DNA from: Solirubrobacterales bacterium
Lineage (GTDB): Bacteria > Actinomycetota > Thermoleophilia > Solirubrobacterales > 70-9
Direction of reading: 5' to 3'
DNA length: 64,000 nucleotides
Assembly (NCBI GenBank): GCA_035502495.1
Contig: DATJUK010000141.1
Location: 22,545-86,544 of the forward strand
The notes below the pieces were generated by a model. The model was given only the letters and a program-made list of their open reading frames with translations, was not told the origin of the DNA and did not search any database. Below are positions 33,460-42,124 of this stretch, piece after piece. The position numbers and the translations under genes were made by a program. Positions within the stretch are counted from its first letter, which is position 1. Each line of letters opens with the position of its first letter.

Positions 33460-33509
33460 CGCGCTCTCGACTTTTGAGCCCCTATAGGGGCCAATAAGTC
33501 GAGAGCGCG
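33460..33509. terminator. Nested palindrome between convergent genes (putative bidirectional terminator)
   Basis: Outer arms CGCGCTCTCGACTT / AAGTCGAGAGCGCG (14 bp) enclose the inner palindrome GCCCC-TATA-GGGGC. Confidence 0.55.
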
Positions 33510-33532
33510 GAATCCTCGCCGCCTCCGCCGAG

Positions 33533-35185
33533 CTAGGCGCGGGCGAGCGGCTTCAGCCGCGTCGCTTCGACCTTTGCCAGCTTCTTCTTCAGCCGCACGA
33601 ACTGGGCCTCCTGGGCCGGGGTCCGTTCGTAGCCGGAGAAGGCGAGGTTGACTTCCTCGTTCGGGTCCGTCTTCAGGTCGTACATCTCCCACTGCGGCGG
33701 TTCCGAGCCCTTGATTTCGACCGGCTTGCCGTTTTTCACCACCGTTTTGATGTCGACGTATTTCGCCAGCTTCCAGCGCTTCTCGCGGATCGAGCGCACG
33801 TGGCTGGGCTGTTTGGGGTAGGGCGTGGGGTGCGACTGGCCGGACTGGAAGTCGTCGTAGGTGAAGGCGACGTAGTCCTGGGGCTCCTTGCCCTTCCCCG
33901 AGTTGAGGACGATGTCGGAGTAGTCGACGCCCTGCCAGTTGCGACGCGCGACCTTGGGGGCGTCGGCGAGGCTCGCGAGCGTGGGGAGGAGGTCGACGTG
34001 CGAGACCAGCGCGTCGGAGGTGACCGGGCGGGGGAACATCTTCGGGTTCGAGTAGACGAGGGGGACTTTCAGCGACTCCTCGTAGAAGTTGAAGTTCTTC
34101 TGCCGCAGGCCGCCGTGCGAAAGCCCCATCTCCCCGTGGTCGGAGGTGCGGATGATCAGCGTGTCTTCGTAGAGGCCTTTCGCTTCCAGCTTGTTGAGGA
34201 CTTCGACCAGGTAGTTGTCGGAGCTCCGCATCAGGTTGCCGTAGAAGTTCAGGTAGGCTCGCTTTTCGGCGTCGTTCTTGGGCTTCCCGGTGAGGTTGAA
34301 GATCTTGAGGAATTCTTCCTGCGCCGTGGGCTTGGTCGAGAGGTCTTCTTCGTTGGTCGGCGGCACTTCCATGTCGCCCGCCAGCCAGGAGGAGTCGTAG
34401 CCCGAGTCTTCGAACTTCGAGCTCGGGTAGAAGAGCACGTCGTGCGGGTTGACCAGAGAGATGACGAGGAAGAACGGTCGCTGCCGGTGTTTGTCGGCGC
34501 CGATCGTCTCGAGGTACTGCAACGCCCCTTCTTTTTCGGCTCCCGTCCCCGTCGATTCGATGATGCGGCCGTCGTTGTCGGTGTAGCCGCCGCCCGCCTG
34601 GTCGATGTGCTGGTTGGCGCCCGCGTCAGGCGGGTCCCAGCGCATGAAGCCGTAGCGTTCGAGGTCGGACGTCGCGTCGGTTTCTCCGGCCGGTTTGGCG
34701 CAGTGCCACTTGCCCTTGTAGACGACCTCGTAGCCGGCCGCGCGCATCACCGTGCCGAGGTTCGGCAGCGATTCCGGCAGCGGCAGGTTGACCTGCGGAT
34801 ATTTGTCTTCAGGCATTTCCGACTCGAGCGTGTATTTGACCCCGTGCTGGGCGGGGAAGTAGCCGGTCATCAGGCTGGAGCGCGAGGGCGAGCACATGCA
34901 GGCCGCCGTGCAGGCGGTTTCGAAGCTCAGGCCGTGGCGGCGCAGACGCCGCATCCCCGGCAGGTTTTCCCGCATCCAGTCGGCCGGGAAGTGCTGGATC
35001 GCCCGCTCCTGGTCGGTGAGGAAGAGGATCACGTTCTTGCCGCTCAGCCCCTCGCCCTGGGGCGCGCCGAACGCCGAGTCGACCCCGAGCCCGCGCGAGA
35101 GCAGCGCCGCCGCCGCGGCACCCGCGCCGGTGCCGAGCAGCTGTTTGCGGGTCAGGCCGCCTGCGCGGCGGTCAGCGTCACTCAT
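33533..35185 (-). CDS. Cys-type sulfatase with twin-arginine-like signal peptide
   Basis: ..CTAACMCSPSRSSLMTGY.. (CxPxR formylglycine motif), ..LFLTDQ.., ..TSDHGEM... N-terminus MSDADRRAGGLTRKQLLGTGAGAAAAALL. AGGAGG SD. The ATG overlaps the upstream stop (ATGA). Confidence 0.92.
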   Translation of the reverse strand: MSDADRRAGGLTRKQLLGTGAGAAAAALLSRGLGVDSAFGAPQGEGLSGKNVILFLTDQERAIQHFPADWMRENLPGMRRLRRHGLSFETACTAACMCSPSRSSLMTGYFPAQHGVKYTLESEMPEDKYPQVNLPLPESLPNLGTVMRAAGYEVVYKGKWHCAKPAGETDATSDLERYGFMRWDPPDAGANQHIDQAGGGYTDNDGRIIESTGTGAEKEGALQYLETIGADKHRQRPFFLVISLVNPHDVLFYPSSKFEDSGYDSSWLAGDMEVPPTNEEDLSTKPTAQEEFLKIFNLTGKPKNDAEKRAYLNFYGNLMRSSDNYLVEVLNKLEAKGLYEDTLIIRTSDHGEMGLSHGGLRQKNFNFYEESLKVPLVYSNPKMFPRPVTSDALVSHVDLLPTLASLADAPKVARRNWQGVDYSDIVLNSGKGKEPQDYVAFTYDDFQSGQSHPTPYPKQPSHVRSIREKRWKLAKYVDIKTVVKNGKPVEIKGSEPPQWEMYDLKTDPNEEVNLAFSGYERTPAQEAQFVRLKKKLAKVEATRLKPLARA

Positions 35186-36663
35186 CGAATCCTCCTGAAG
35201 ATGTCGACCGCAGAGCTCGCCTGCGAGGTCGAGTAGACGTTGCGGCCGTCGGGACTGACGACCACCGAGCCGGTCAGCCCGAGGGCGCGGCCGGGAGCGC
35301 AACCGCCGACTTTCGGCGAGGCGAGACAGCCTCGTTCGCCCGGCTTCTGGTTGACGGCGCCGGTTTCGCCGTCGCGGTCGAGGACGTCGATCGCCCCGCT
35401 GAGGAAGGCGGAGACGTAGAGGTTGGTCCCCGTCGGCGAGAGCGCCAGCCCCTCCGGCACCGACATCGCGCGGCCGAACGAGCAGCCGGGCGAGCGCAGG
35501 TAGACCAGGCAGCCTTCCGGATCGCCGAGCCCGGCGGGGACGCCTTCTTCCTGCGGCCGCGCGGGCTGGGCGAGGCCGCCGCCTTCGGTCGGGCGGAACA
35601 TCGTCACGCTGTTGCTGGTCAGCGAGGTGGCGTAGACGTTGCCCCCTTTGGGCGAGACGACCAGCGCGTTGACGCCGGCGAACTGGTAGCCCCGGGTGCA
35701 GACGGGTGCTTCTTCGGCTTCCACGGTGATGCAGCCGTTGCCGTCGCCGGCCTGGGTCAGCGCCCCGGTCGACCGGTCCCGCTGGAGGATGTCGATCGCG
35801 TTGGAGAACGGCGCGGCGGCGTAGACGGTGGAGCCGCGCGAGTTGATCGCCATCCCCTCGACGTGGTCCATCCGCAGGCCCTTGGCGCAGCCTTCGGCCC
35901 CCGCTTCGGTGATGCAGCCGGCGGTCCCGGCGAGCTGGGTCAGCGCTCCCGAGCCGCGGGCGCGGGAGAACGAGATCACCCCGGAGCCGGCGAAGTCGCC
36001 GACGTAGACGTTGCCGCCGTCGGGCGAGACGACGACGACGTCGGGCCACTTCAGCGCCCGGCCGAGGGTGCAGCCGGGGATCGCCTGGCCGGAGATGCAG
36101 CCGGAGGCGCCCGGCGGCAGCTGGGTCAGCGCGCCGGTCTTGCCGTTGCGGTGGAAGGTGGTGATCGAGGAGCCGGTGCGCGAGGTGGCGTAGACGGTGC
36201 GCCCGTCGGGGCTGACCTGGACCGAGTTGGGCCCGATCAGGCCGATCGCGACGCCGCAGCTCTCACCTTTGGCGGTGCCGACCACGGCGGCGACGCAGCC
36301 CCGCCTGCCCCGCGGCTGGGTGAGCGCCCCGGTGACCGGGTTGCGGTCGAAGACGGCGATCGCGTCGGCGCCGGAGGCGGCGACGTAGACGTTGCGACCG
36401 TCGGGACTCACCGCGATCGCGCGCGAGCCGACGCCCGGCCCGGCGCCTTTCAGCGCCCGTCCCCGGCCGCAGACCCTCTTCGCGGCCTTGCCGGAGGAGA
36501 GGCAGCCGAGCCGCCCCGGCAGCTGTTCGAGCGCGCCGACGTTGGTTTCGGCGGGCGGCACCAGGTCAGGTTCTTCCGCCGCCGCGGCGAAGGCCGGGAG
36601 GCCGAGCAGCGCCAGCGCGGCGAGCAGGCCGACCAGCGAGCGGTGGAGGAGGCGAGGGGTCAT
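35182..36663 (-). CDS. Secreted beta-propeller repeat protein (lactonase-like SPDG.NVY blades, each with a Cys-x(n)-Cys loop)
   Basis: Signal peptide MTPRLLHRSLVGLLAALALLGLPAFAAAA. Repeated units ..TGALTQ..G..GC(I/L)....C..G(R)AL....V(V)VSPDG.NVY... Confidence 0.8.
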   Translation of the reverse strand: MTPRLLHRSLVGLLAALALLGLPAFAAAAEEPDLVPPAETNVGALEQLPGRLGCLSSGKAAKRVCGRGRALKGAGPGVGSRAIAVSPDGRNVYVAASGADAIAVFDRNPVTGALTQPRGRRGCVAAVVGTAKGESCGVAIGLIGPNSVQVSPDGRTVYATSRTGSSITTFHRNGKTGALTQLPPGASGCISGQAIPGCTLGRALKWPDVVVVSPDGGNVYVGDFAGSGVISFSRARGSGALTQLAGTAGCITEAGAEGCAKGLRMDHVEGMAINSRGSTVYAAAPFSNAIDILQRDRSTGALTQAGDGNGCITVEAEEAPVCTRGYQFAGVNALVVSPKGGNVYATSLTSNSVTMFRPTEGGGLAQPARPQEEGVPAGLGDPEGCLVYLRSPGCSFGRAMSVPEGLALSPTGTNLYVSAFLSGAIDVLDRDGETGAVNQKPGERGCLASPKVGGCAPGRALGLTGSVVVSPDGRNVYSTSQASSAVDIFRRIR

Positions 36664-36746
36664 GGTCCGTCGGCCGGCGTCGCCCTGTCCCGTCGACGAC
36701 CGTGGGGAAAATTTCCCCGTCCGGTCGGACGGAAATTCCGCCCTTT

Positions 36747-38072
36747 TCACCTGGAGCCCTGGTTCAGGAGCGTCCCGATCACGCCGATCCGGAACCCCAG
36801 CCACGGGTAGGTCGCGGTGAAGAAGCTGTTCTTCTGCGGCTGCAGGCCGATCGCCGAGAGCCAGAGCTGGTAGACGGGCGCGTTGGGGACGCCGCCGTGC
36901 AGGCGCCGCCAGACTCGGTGGCCCTTGGCGCCGAACGGCGGCGGCGTGATCGTGTCGGTCCACTCGACCGCGTTGCCGCCCTGTTCGAGCGTGCCCCACG
37001 GCCCGTAGGTCTTCGCCTGCCCGACCGTGTTGAGGCTGCCCTGGAAGGCCTTTTCGTAGGCCTTCGCCGGCATGTGGAGCGGGTTCACCGTGTCGCAGGC
37101 TTCCTGGGTCTGGTTCGACGGGCACCAGGTCGCCGCCGCCTGGCCTTCGGCATGGAAGTTGGCCAGCGGCTGGGTGCTCGCGTTGACCACGTCGCCGGTC
37201 AGCGGGTCGAGCTGCGCCGGGAAGGGCACCGCCGGGTTGGCGGCGGTGAGCTTGCCGAATTCGCCTTCGTTGGTCGGGTACTGCCAGTAGGAGAAGGTGC
37301 CGCCCCCCTTCGGGTCGTAGTAGGCGGCCTTGATCCACTCGTTCTGGCTCGGGATGACGAAGCCGGTCGCGGCGGTGCGCACCGGGGCGCGCTTGCGCAT
37401 GTCGTACATGCCGGTCGCGGTGCGGCGCGAGAGGCGCACCTTGTAGGTGACGTAGTCGAAGCCGTTCGCGCTGGAGCTCGTCCGCGCCAGCACCTTGCCG
37501 TCGGCCACCGAGTTGTCGAAGCGGGCGGCGCGGAGGAAGTTGGCGAAGCCGTAGGGCTTGTCGTTCCATTCCGCCGCCGCGGCGGCGTAGTGGCGGCCGG
37601 CGCGGGCCAGGGCCGAGTAGTCGATCTGGCCGAAGCGCGGCCAGGCGGCGCCGCTCTCGTCCGCCGAGTAGAGGCCCATCTGGTTGCGGCCGAACGGGTC
37701 GACCGTGTTGAGGAAGGCGACGTACTGTTCGACCGTCACTTCGACCTCGCCGATCCCGTATTCGTAGCCGACGCCGCCGACTTCCTGGCAGGGATCCGGC
37801 AGGTTCGTCGGTTCGACCTTCGGTTCCTTCGGCGCCGCCGCGCAGTCGGCGTAGATCGCGTTGGTGAAGGGGACGATCGCGACCGAGGGGTTGTTCGGCT
37901 TACCGACCTTGGCGACCGTGAAGGTCAGCACCGCGGGCTTCGGCAGGGAGACCCGCGGCCGGGCCGCGGCGACGCTCGGCAGCGCCGCCGCGGCGAGCGT
38001 CGCGAGCGCGACGATCAAGCCGAGCAGGCGGCGCGTGGACAGGGGCCGGGTGACCGCGAGAGCATTCGTCAT
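36747..38072 (-). CDS. Exported FGE-sulfatase-fold (SUMF1/DUF323 family) protein lacking the canonical catalytic Cys pair
   Basis: EVTVEQYVAFLN, IPSQNEWIKAAYY, GGNAVEWTD, RRLHGG and LGFRIG follow the order of FGE-domain motifs. The N-terminus ..STRRLLGLIVALATLAAAALPSVAAA looks like a signal peptide. Confidence 0.7.
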   Translation of the reverse strand: MTNALAVTRPLSTRRLLGLIVALATLAAAALPSVAAARPRVSLPKPAVLTFTVAKVGKPNNPSVAIVPFTNAIYADCAAAPKEPKVEPTNLPDPCQEVGGVGYEYGIGEVEVTVEQYVAFLNTVDPFGRNQMGLYSADESGAAWPRFGQIDYSALARAGRHYAAAAAEWNDKPYGFANFLRAARFDNSVADGKVLARTSSSANGFDYVTYKVRLSRRTATGMYDMRKRAPVRTAATGFVIPSQNEWIKAAYYDPKGGGTFSYWQYPTNEGEFGKLTAANPAVPFPAQLDPLTGDVVNASTQPLANFHAEGQAAATWCPSNQTQEACDTVNPLHMPAKAYEKAFQGSLNTVGQAKTYGPWGTLEQGGNAVEWTDTITPPPFGAKGHRVWRRLHGGVPNAPVYQLWLSAIGLQPQKNSFFTATYPWLGFRIGVIGTLLNQGSR

Positions 38073-38090
38073 GGCGTCTGATTCGCCGTT

Positions 38091-38933
38091 TCATTCGGAA
38101 ACCTTTAGCGGTAGGGGTCGACTTCCCCCCGTCCGGCAGGTGCGGACGAGCGTGTCGGTGACGCTCCGTTCGCCGACGAAGGAGTAGCCGGCCCGCAGCA
38201 GGGGGAAGGTGGCGCTGGTGAATCCGGCCGGCGCCGGGCAGCCCGCGCTGAGGTAGCTGCGCCGTTCGCCTTCGGCTTCGAACACCCGGTGGAGCCGCAG
38301 CGAGAAGTCGGTGATGTGGGCGGTGCGCCGGGTCTGCGCGGGCACGGTGGCGACCAGGCGGGTGCCGAAGGTCCCGGCCCGCCGTTCGACCCGGAAGGCG
38401 AGGACGAAGGAGAGCGGGGCCGGGCGGGGGGTGAAGAGGTGGGCGAGGATCGCGGGCGAGCCGTCCGGCAGCCGGCCGTTGAAGGCGACCACGCGGCCGC
38501 CGAACTCGCTCGGTTCCTGTTCGGGCAGGACGATGGCGCCGCTGACGCGGCCTTCGCCGACCAGCGCCGGCCCGCAGGCTTCCAGCGCGGCCGCCGTGCT
38601 CGCCGCGCGCAGCCGGCCCGCCGGGCAGACCGGCAGCCCGCGCCGGTCGAGCACCCCGAGGCGGTTGACCTCGATCGCGATCCGCCGCAGCGAGGGCGGC
38701 GGCCCGCCCGCCAGCGCCTTGACCCGCCCGCGGATCGCCACCGAGACCGGGGTGGTCCCCGTCCGCGGCAGCCGCTTCGGCGCCACGCTGCCGCCGAAGG
38801 AGACCTGCAGGCCACCCTGGCGCACCGTCTCGCCGCCCGCGCCGCCGACCAGGAGCCCGCTCCCGATCAGCGCCCCGAGCAGGGCGATCGAGGCGCTAGT
38901 CCATATCGTCACCAGTCCTCTGTGTCGCGGCAT
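38091..38933 (-). CDS. P-family member P0: exported 4-Cys protein of unknown function (first gene of the sulfatase operon)
   Basis: N-terminal TM ..SASIALLGALIGSGLLV. Shares the ordered motifs GLPxC...AxxxC..(V/I/L)G.G, FNG, AHxx, S(Y/F)..A.C and the terminal C with ORFs at 45504, 46268, 47050 and 51224. Confidence 0.7.
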   Translation of the reverse strand: MPRHRGLVTIWTSASIALLGALIGSGLLVGGAGGETVRQGGLQVSFGGSVAPKRLPRTGTTPVSVAIRGRVKALAGGPPPSLRRIAIEVNRLGVLDRRGLPVCPAGRLRAASTAAALEACGPALVGEGRVSGAIVLPEQEPSEFGGRVVAFNGRLPDGSPAILAHLFTPRPAPLSFVLAFRVERRAGTFGTRLVATVPAQTRRTAHITDFSLRLHRVFEAEGERRSYLSAGCPAPAGFTSATFPLLRAGYSFVGERSVTDTLVRTCRTGGSRPLPLKVSE

Positions 38934-38983
38934 CCTGGGAGTCTCCCTTTTGAATAGACTGCGCGGCCGAGCGGCGAGCGAAC

Positions 38984-39658
38984 GTGCCAGACGACGCGGA
39001 CAACATCAACGTGCCCTACCGGGCGCCCCAGCAGGTGCGGGACGAACCGCCTCCCCCCGGGTACTTCGAGGGAGAGTCGATGACCCGGCGCAAGGTCTTC
39101 ACGATCGCGGCCCAGGGTCTCGGCGGCCTGGCGGGCGCGGCGATCATCCTGCCCGCGGTCGGCTTCGCCGTGGCGCCGATCTTCCACCGCGGCAAGGAGC
39201 GCTGGGAGGCGATCGGCTCGACCTCGAACTTCGTCGAAGACACCTACCGTCAGGTCACCTTCACCGAAGTCCCCGGGATCGGCGACGCCGGCAAGACGCT
39301 CGCCTACGTGCGCAAAAGCTCGAAGGAACTGGGCGAAGAACCGGGCCAGTACGTCGCCGTCTCGAACCGCTGCGCCCACCTCGGCTGCCCGGTCCGCTTC
39401 GTCGAGGCGGCGGGCAACTTCATCTGCCCGTGCCACGGCGGCGTCTACGACTTCCAGGGCAAGCGGATCGGCGGCCCGCCGGTGCGCCCGCTCGACCGCT
39501 TCCAGACCCGGGTCAACAAAGGCCAGGTCGAAGTCGGCCCGCGCTACAGCGTCACCTCGCAGCTGAAGCCGGTCCGCGCCCGCGATCCCGGCGAGTTCAC
39601 CGGCGGGATCTGGGAATACCTGTACCCGCCGCGGCCCTCGACCTTCCCGGCCCCCTGA
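38984..39658 (+). CDS. qcrA: Rieske [2Fe-2S] subunit of a menaquinol:cytochrome c reductase
   Basis: CAHLGCPV..x..CPCHGGVYD Rieske boxes. Twin-arginine MTRRKVFTIAAQGLGGLAGAA. GTG 38984 or the internal ATG 39080 could be the start. Confidence 0.9.
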   Translation: MPDDADNINVPYRAPQQVRDEPPPPGYFEGESMTRRKVFTIAAQGLGGLAGAAIILPAVGFAVAPIFHRGKERWEAIGSTSNFVEDTYRQVTFTEVPGIGDAGKTLAYVRKSSKELGEEPGQYVAVSNRCAHLGCPVRFVEAAGNFICPCHGGVYDFQGKRIGGPPVRPLDRFQTRVNKGQVEVGPRYSVTSQLKPVRARDPGEFTGGIWEYLYPPRPSTFPAP

Positions 39659-40620
39659 TGCCCAAGCTTTCCGACCTACTCGTCCCCGCCCCGCTGCGGA
39701 AGACGCCGAAGCCCGGCGAAACCGGCGTGCCCAACCAGCCTGCCCCGCAGGACCTCAAGGACAACCCGCCGGAGCGCCCGAGCGACTACCAGCGGCTCGG
39801 GCAGCAGGCGCTGGAAGCGCCGATGGAGTCGGTCGCCTGGATCGACCAGCGGCTGGCGACGAGCGGCTTCCTCACCGGGATGCTGTTCCGCAAGGTGCCG
39901 AAAGGGACCAACTGGTTCTACACGCTCGGCTCCGCCGCGCTCTTCGCCTTCATCGTGCAGGCGGTGACCGGGGTCTTCCTGGCGATGTTCTACACGCCGT
40001 CGACGACCCAGGCCTACACCTCGATCGCCCACATCAACAACGACGTCTTCCTCGGCCAGCTGGTGCACGGCATGCACAAGTGGGGCGCCAGCGTGATGGT
40101 GATCCTGGTCTTCCTCCACATGGGCCGGACCTTCTTCTTCGGCGCCTACAAGTACCCGCGCGAGCTCAACTGGGTGATCGGCGTGGTGATCCTGATCCTG
40201 ACGATGACGATGGCCTTCACCGGCTACCTGCTGCCGTTCGACCAGCGCTCCTACTGGGCCTCGATCGTCGGCATCAACATCAACGGGACCGGGCCGATCG
40301 TCGGCCCCTACCTGAGTGACTTCCTGCGCGCCGGGCCGGAGCTCGGGGCGACCACCCTGTCGCGCTTCTACGCGATCCACATGCTGCTGGTGCCCGGTGC
40401 GCTGATCGCGCTGATCGGCGCCCACATGTACCTGGTGGTGAAGCTCGGCACCACCGCCCCGCCGTGGACCAAGGTCGGCAAACCGCGGGTCGCCGAGCCG
40501 ACCGCGAACCTCGACGCCGGGGTCTCCTCGGGCAACGGCTACCGACCGAACGGCAGCGGCCCGACGATCGCCGGCGTCCAGCTCGAGACCACCGACGGAG
40601 ACGGGACGGCACAGGCCTGA
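39658..40620 (+). CDS. qcrB: Cytochrome b (b6-like, four-helix N-terminal half)
   Basis: ..NWFYTLGSAALFAFIVQAVTGVFLAMFYTP.., ..HGMHKWGASVMVILVFLHMGRTFFFGAYKYPRELNW.., ..FYAIHMLLVP... The ATG overlaps the qcrA stop. Confidence 0.9.
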   Translation: MPKLSDLLVPAPLRKTPKPGETGVPNQPAPQDLKDNPPERPSDYQRLGQQALEAPMESVAWIDQRLATSGFLTGMLFRKVPKGTNWFYTLGSAALFAFIVQAVTGVFLAMFYTPSTTQAYTSIAHINNDVFLGQLVHGMHKWGASVMVILVFLHMGRTFFFGAYKYPRELNWVIGVVILILTMTMAFTGYLLPFDQRSYWASIVGININGTGPIVGPYLSDFLRAGPELGATTLSRFYAIHMLLVPGALIALIGAHMYLVVKLGTTAPPWTKVGKPRVAEPTANLDAGVSSGNGYRPNGSGPTIAGVQLETTDGDGTAQA

Positions 40621-41321
40621 TGAAGCCCGCGGATAAGCAGGCATACCTCGAGGAATACGAGGTCCTGAAGAAGAAAGGGAAGCCGTTCTTCCCCTACGCC
40701 GTGCTGAAGGACTCGGCGATGGCGCTGATCGTGGTCGGCGTGATCATCGCGATGTCGATCATCCTCGGCGCCGAGCAGGGCCCGAAGGCCGACCCGACGA
40801 CGACCACCTACGTGCCGCGTCCCGAGTGGTACTTCTTCTTCCTCTTCGAGGTCCTGCGCGTGATCAAACCGCCGGAGCTGGTGCCGGTGGCGACGATCGG
40901 GATCCCGACCATCTGCATGGTCCTGCTGCTGCTGCTGCCGTTCTACGACCGCGGCCCGGAGCGGCGCCCGGAGCGCCGGCCGCTGGCGACTACCGCCGGG
41001 ATCCTGACGATCCTCGCGATGGGCTACCTGACCTACGCCGGCGCCACCTCGGGGTCGCCTACCGAGATCGACATGAAGGTCGCGCCCCAATACAAGGCGG
41101 GATCGGAGATCGTCGCCTCTTCCGGTTGCCTGGCCTGCCACAAACTGGGCGAGAACGGCAACAACGGGCCGGGTCCCGAACTGACCCACATCGGCGCCCG
41201 CATCCCGCGCGCGGCGATCATCCGCTCGGTCGAAATCGGCCCGAGCATCATGCCTTCCTTCCGCGAACTGTCGAAAAAGAAGCTCGACGAGTTGGCGGAT
41301 TTCCTCTCTTCCTTGAACTGA
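40620..41321 (+). CDS. qcrC: Cytochrome b C-terminal half (subunit IV-like) fused to a mono-haem cytochrome c
   Basis: ..PRPEWYFFFLFEVLR.. (subunit IV motif), three TM helices, then CLACH haem c site. The ATG overlaps the qcrB stop. Confidence 0.85.
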   Translation: MKPADKQAYLEEYEVLKKKGKPFFPYAVLKDSAMALIVVGVIIAMSIILGAEQGPKADPTTTTYVPRPEWYFFFLFEVLRVIKPPELVPVATIGIPTICMVLLLLLPFYDRGPERRPERRPLATTAGILTILAMGYLTYAGATSGSPTEIDMKVAPQYKAGSEIVASSGCLACHKLGENGNNGPGPELTHIGARIPRAAIIRSVEIGPSIMPSFRELSKKKLDELADFLSSLN

Positions 41322-41380
41322 TCCGGCGCCGGGCGGCGTAGGCAGGCGCAGGGAGGACGGGTAACGTCTTCCCCAGAGCG

Positions 41381-42124
41381 ATGGACACGATCAACGACAA
41401 CCGCTCCTCGTCCGACTTCGCCGGGCAGGTCAACCGCATGTTCGACCGGGTCGCCGGGCGCTACGACGCGCTGAACGAGGTGATGACCGCCGGGCTGCAC
41501 CATCGCTGGCGCGAGCAGGCGGCGGACCGGGCGGCGCTGGGCCCGGGCGAGACGGCGCTCGACGTCTGCTGCGGCACCGGGGACTTCGCCTTCGAGCTCG
41601 CCCGTCGGGTGGCCCCCGGCGGCCGCGTGGTCGGCTGCGACTTCTCCGAGCCGATGCTCGACCTGGCCCGCGACAAGGCCGCGGCGCGAGGCGCCGAGGG
41701 CGTCCGCTTCGAGTGGGCCGACGCGCTCGAGCTGCCCTACGACGGCGAGCGCTTCGACGCGGTGACGGTCGGCTTCGGCGTCCGCAACCTGGCCGACCTC
41801 GACCGCAGCCTGCGCGAGATGGCCCGGGTGCTGAAGCCGGGCGGGCGCCTGGTGATCCTCGAGATCACGACGCCGACCCGGCCGCCGCTCTCCTTCTTCT
41901 TCTCGCTCTGGTTCGACCGCGTCGTGCCGCTGCTCGGGGTGCTGTCAGACGAGCCCGAGGCCTACAGCTACCTGCCCGAGTCGGTGCGCAGCTTCCCCTC
42001 GCCGCACGGCCTGGCGGAGAAGATGGACCACGCCGGCTTCGCCGCGATTCGCTACACGGTGCTGGCCGGCGGGATCATCGCGATCCACAGCGGCGTCAAA
42101 GGCCCGCTTCACGACAGCCACTGA
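41381..42124 (+). CDS. menG: Demethylmenaquinone methyltransferase (UbiE/MenG)
   Basis: ..VNRMFDRVAGRYDALNEVMTAGLHHRWR.., ..LDVCCGTGD.., ..FGVRNLADLD.., ..LKPGGRLVILE... Confidence 0.9.
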   Translation: MDTINDNRSSSDFAGQVNRMFDRVAGRYDALNEVMTAGLHHRWREQAADRAALGPGETALDVCCGTGDFAFELARRVAPGGRVVGCDFSEPMLDLARDKAAARGAEGVRFEWADALELPYDGERFDAVTVGFGVRNLADLDRSLREMARVLKPGGRLVILEITTPTRPPLSFFFSLWFDRVVPLLGVLSDEPEAYSYLPESVRSFPSPHGLAEKMDHAGFAAIRYTVLAGGIIAIHSGVKGPLHDSH

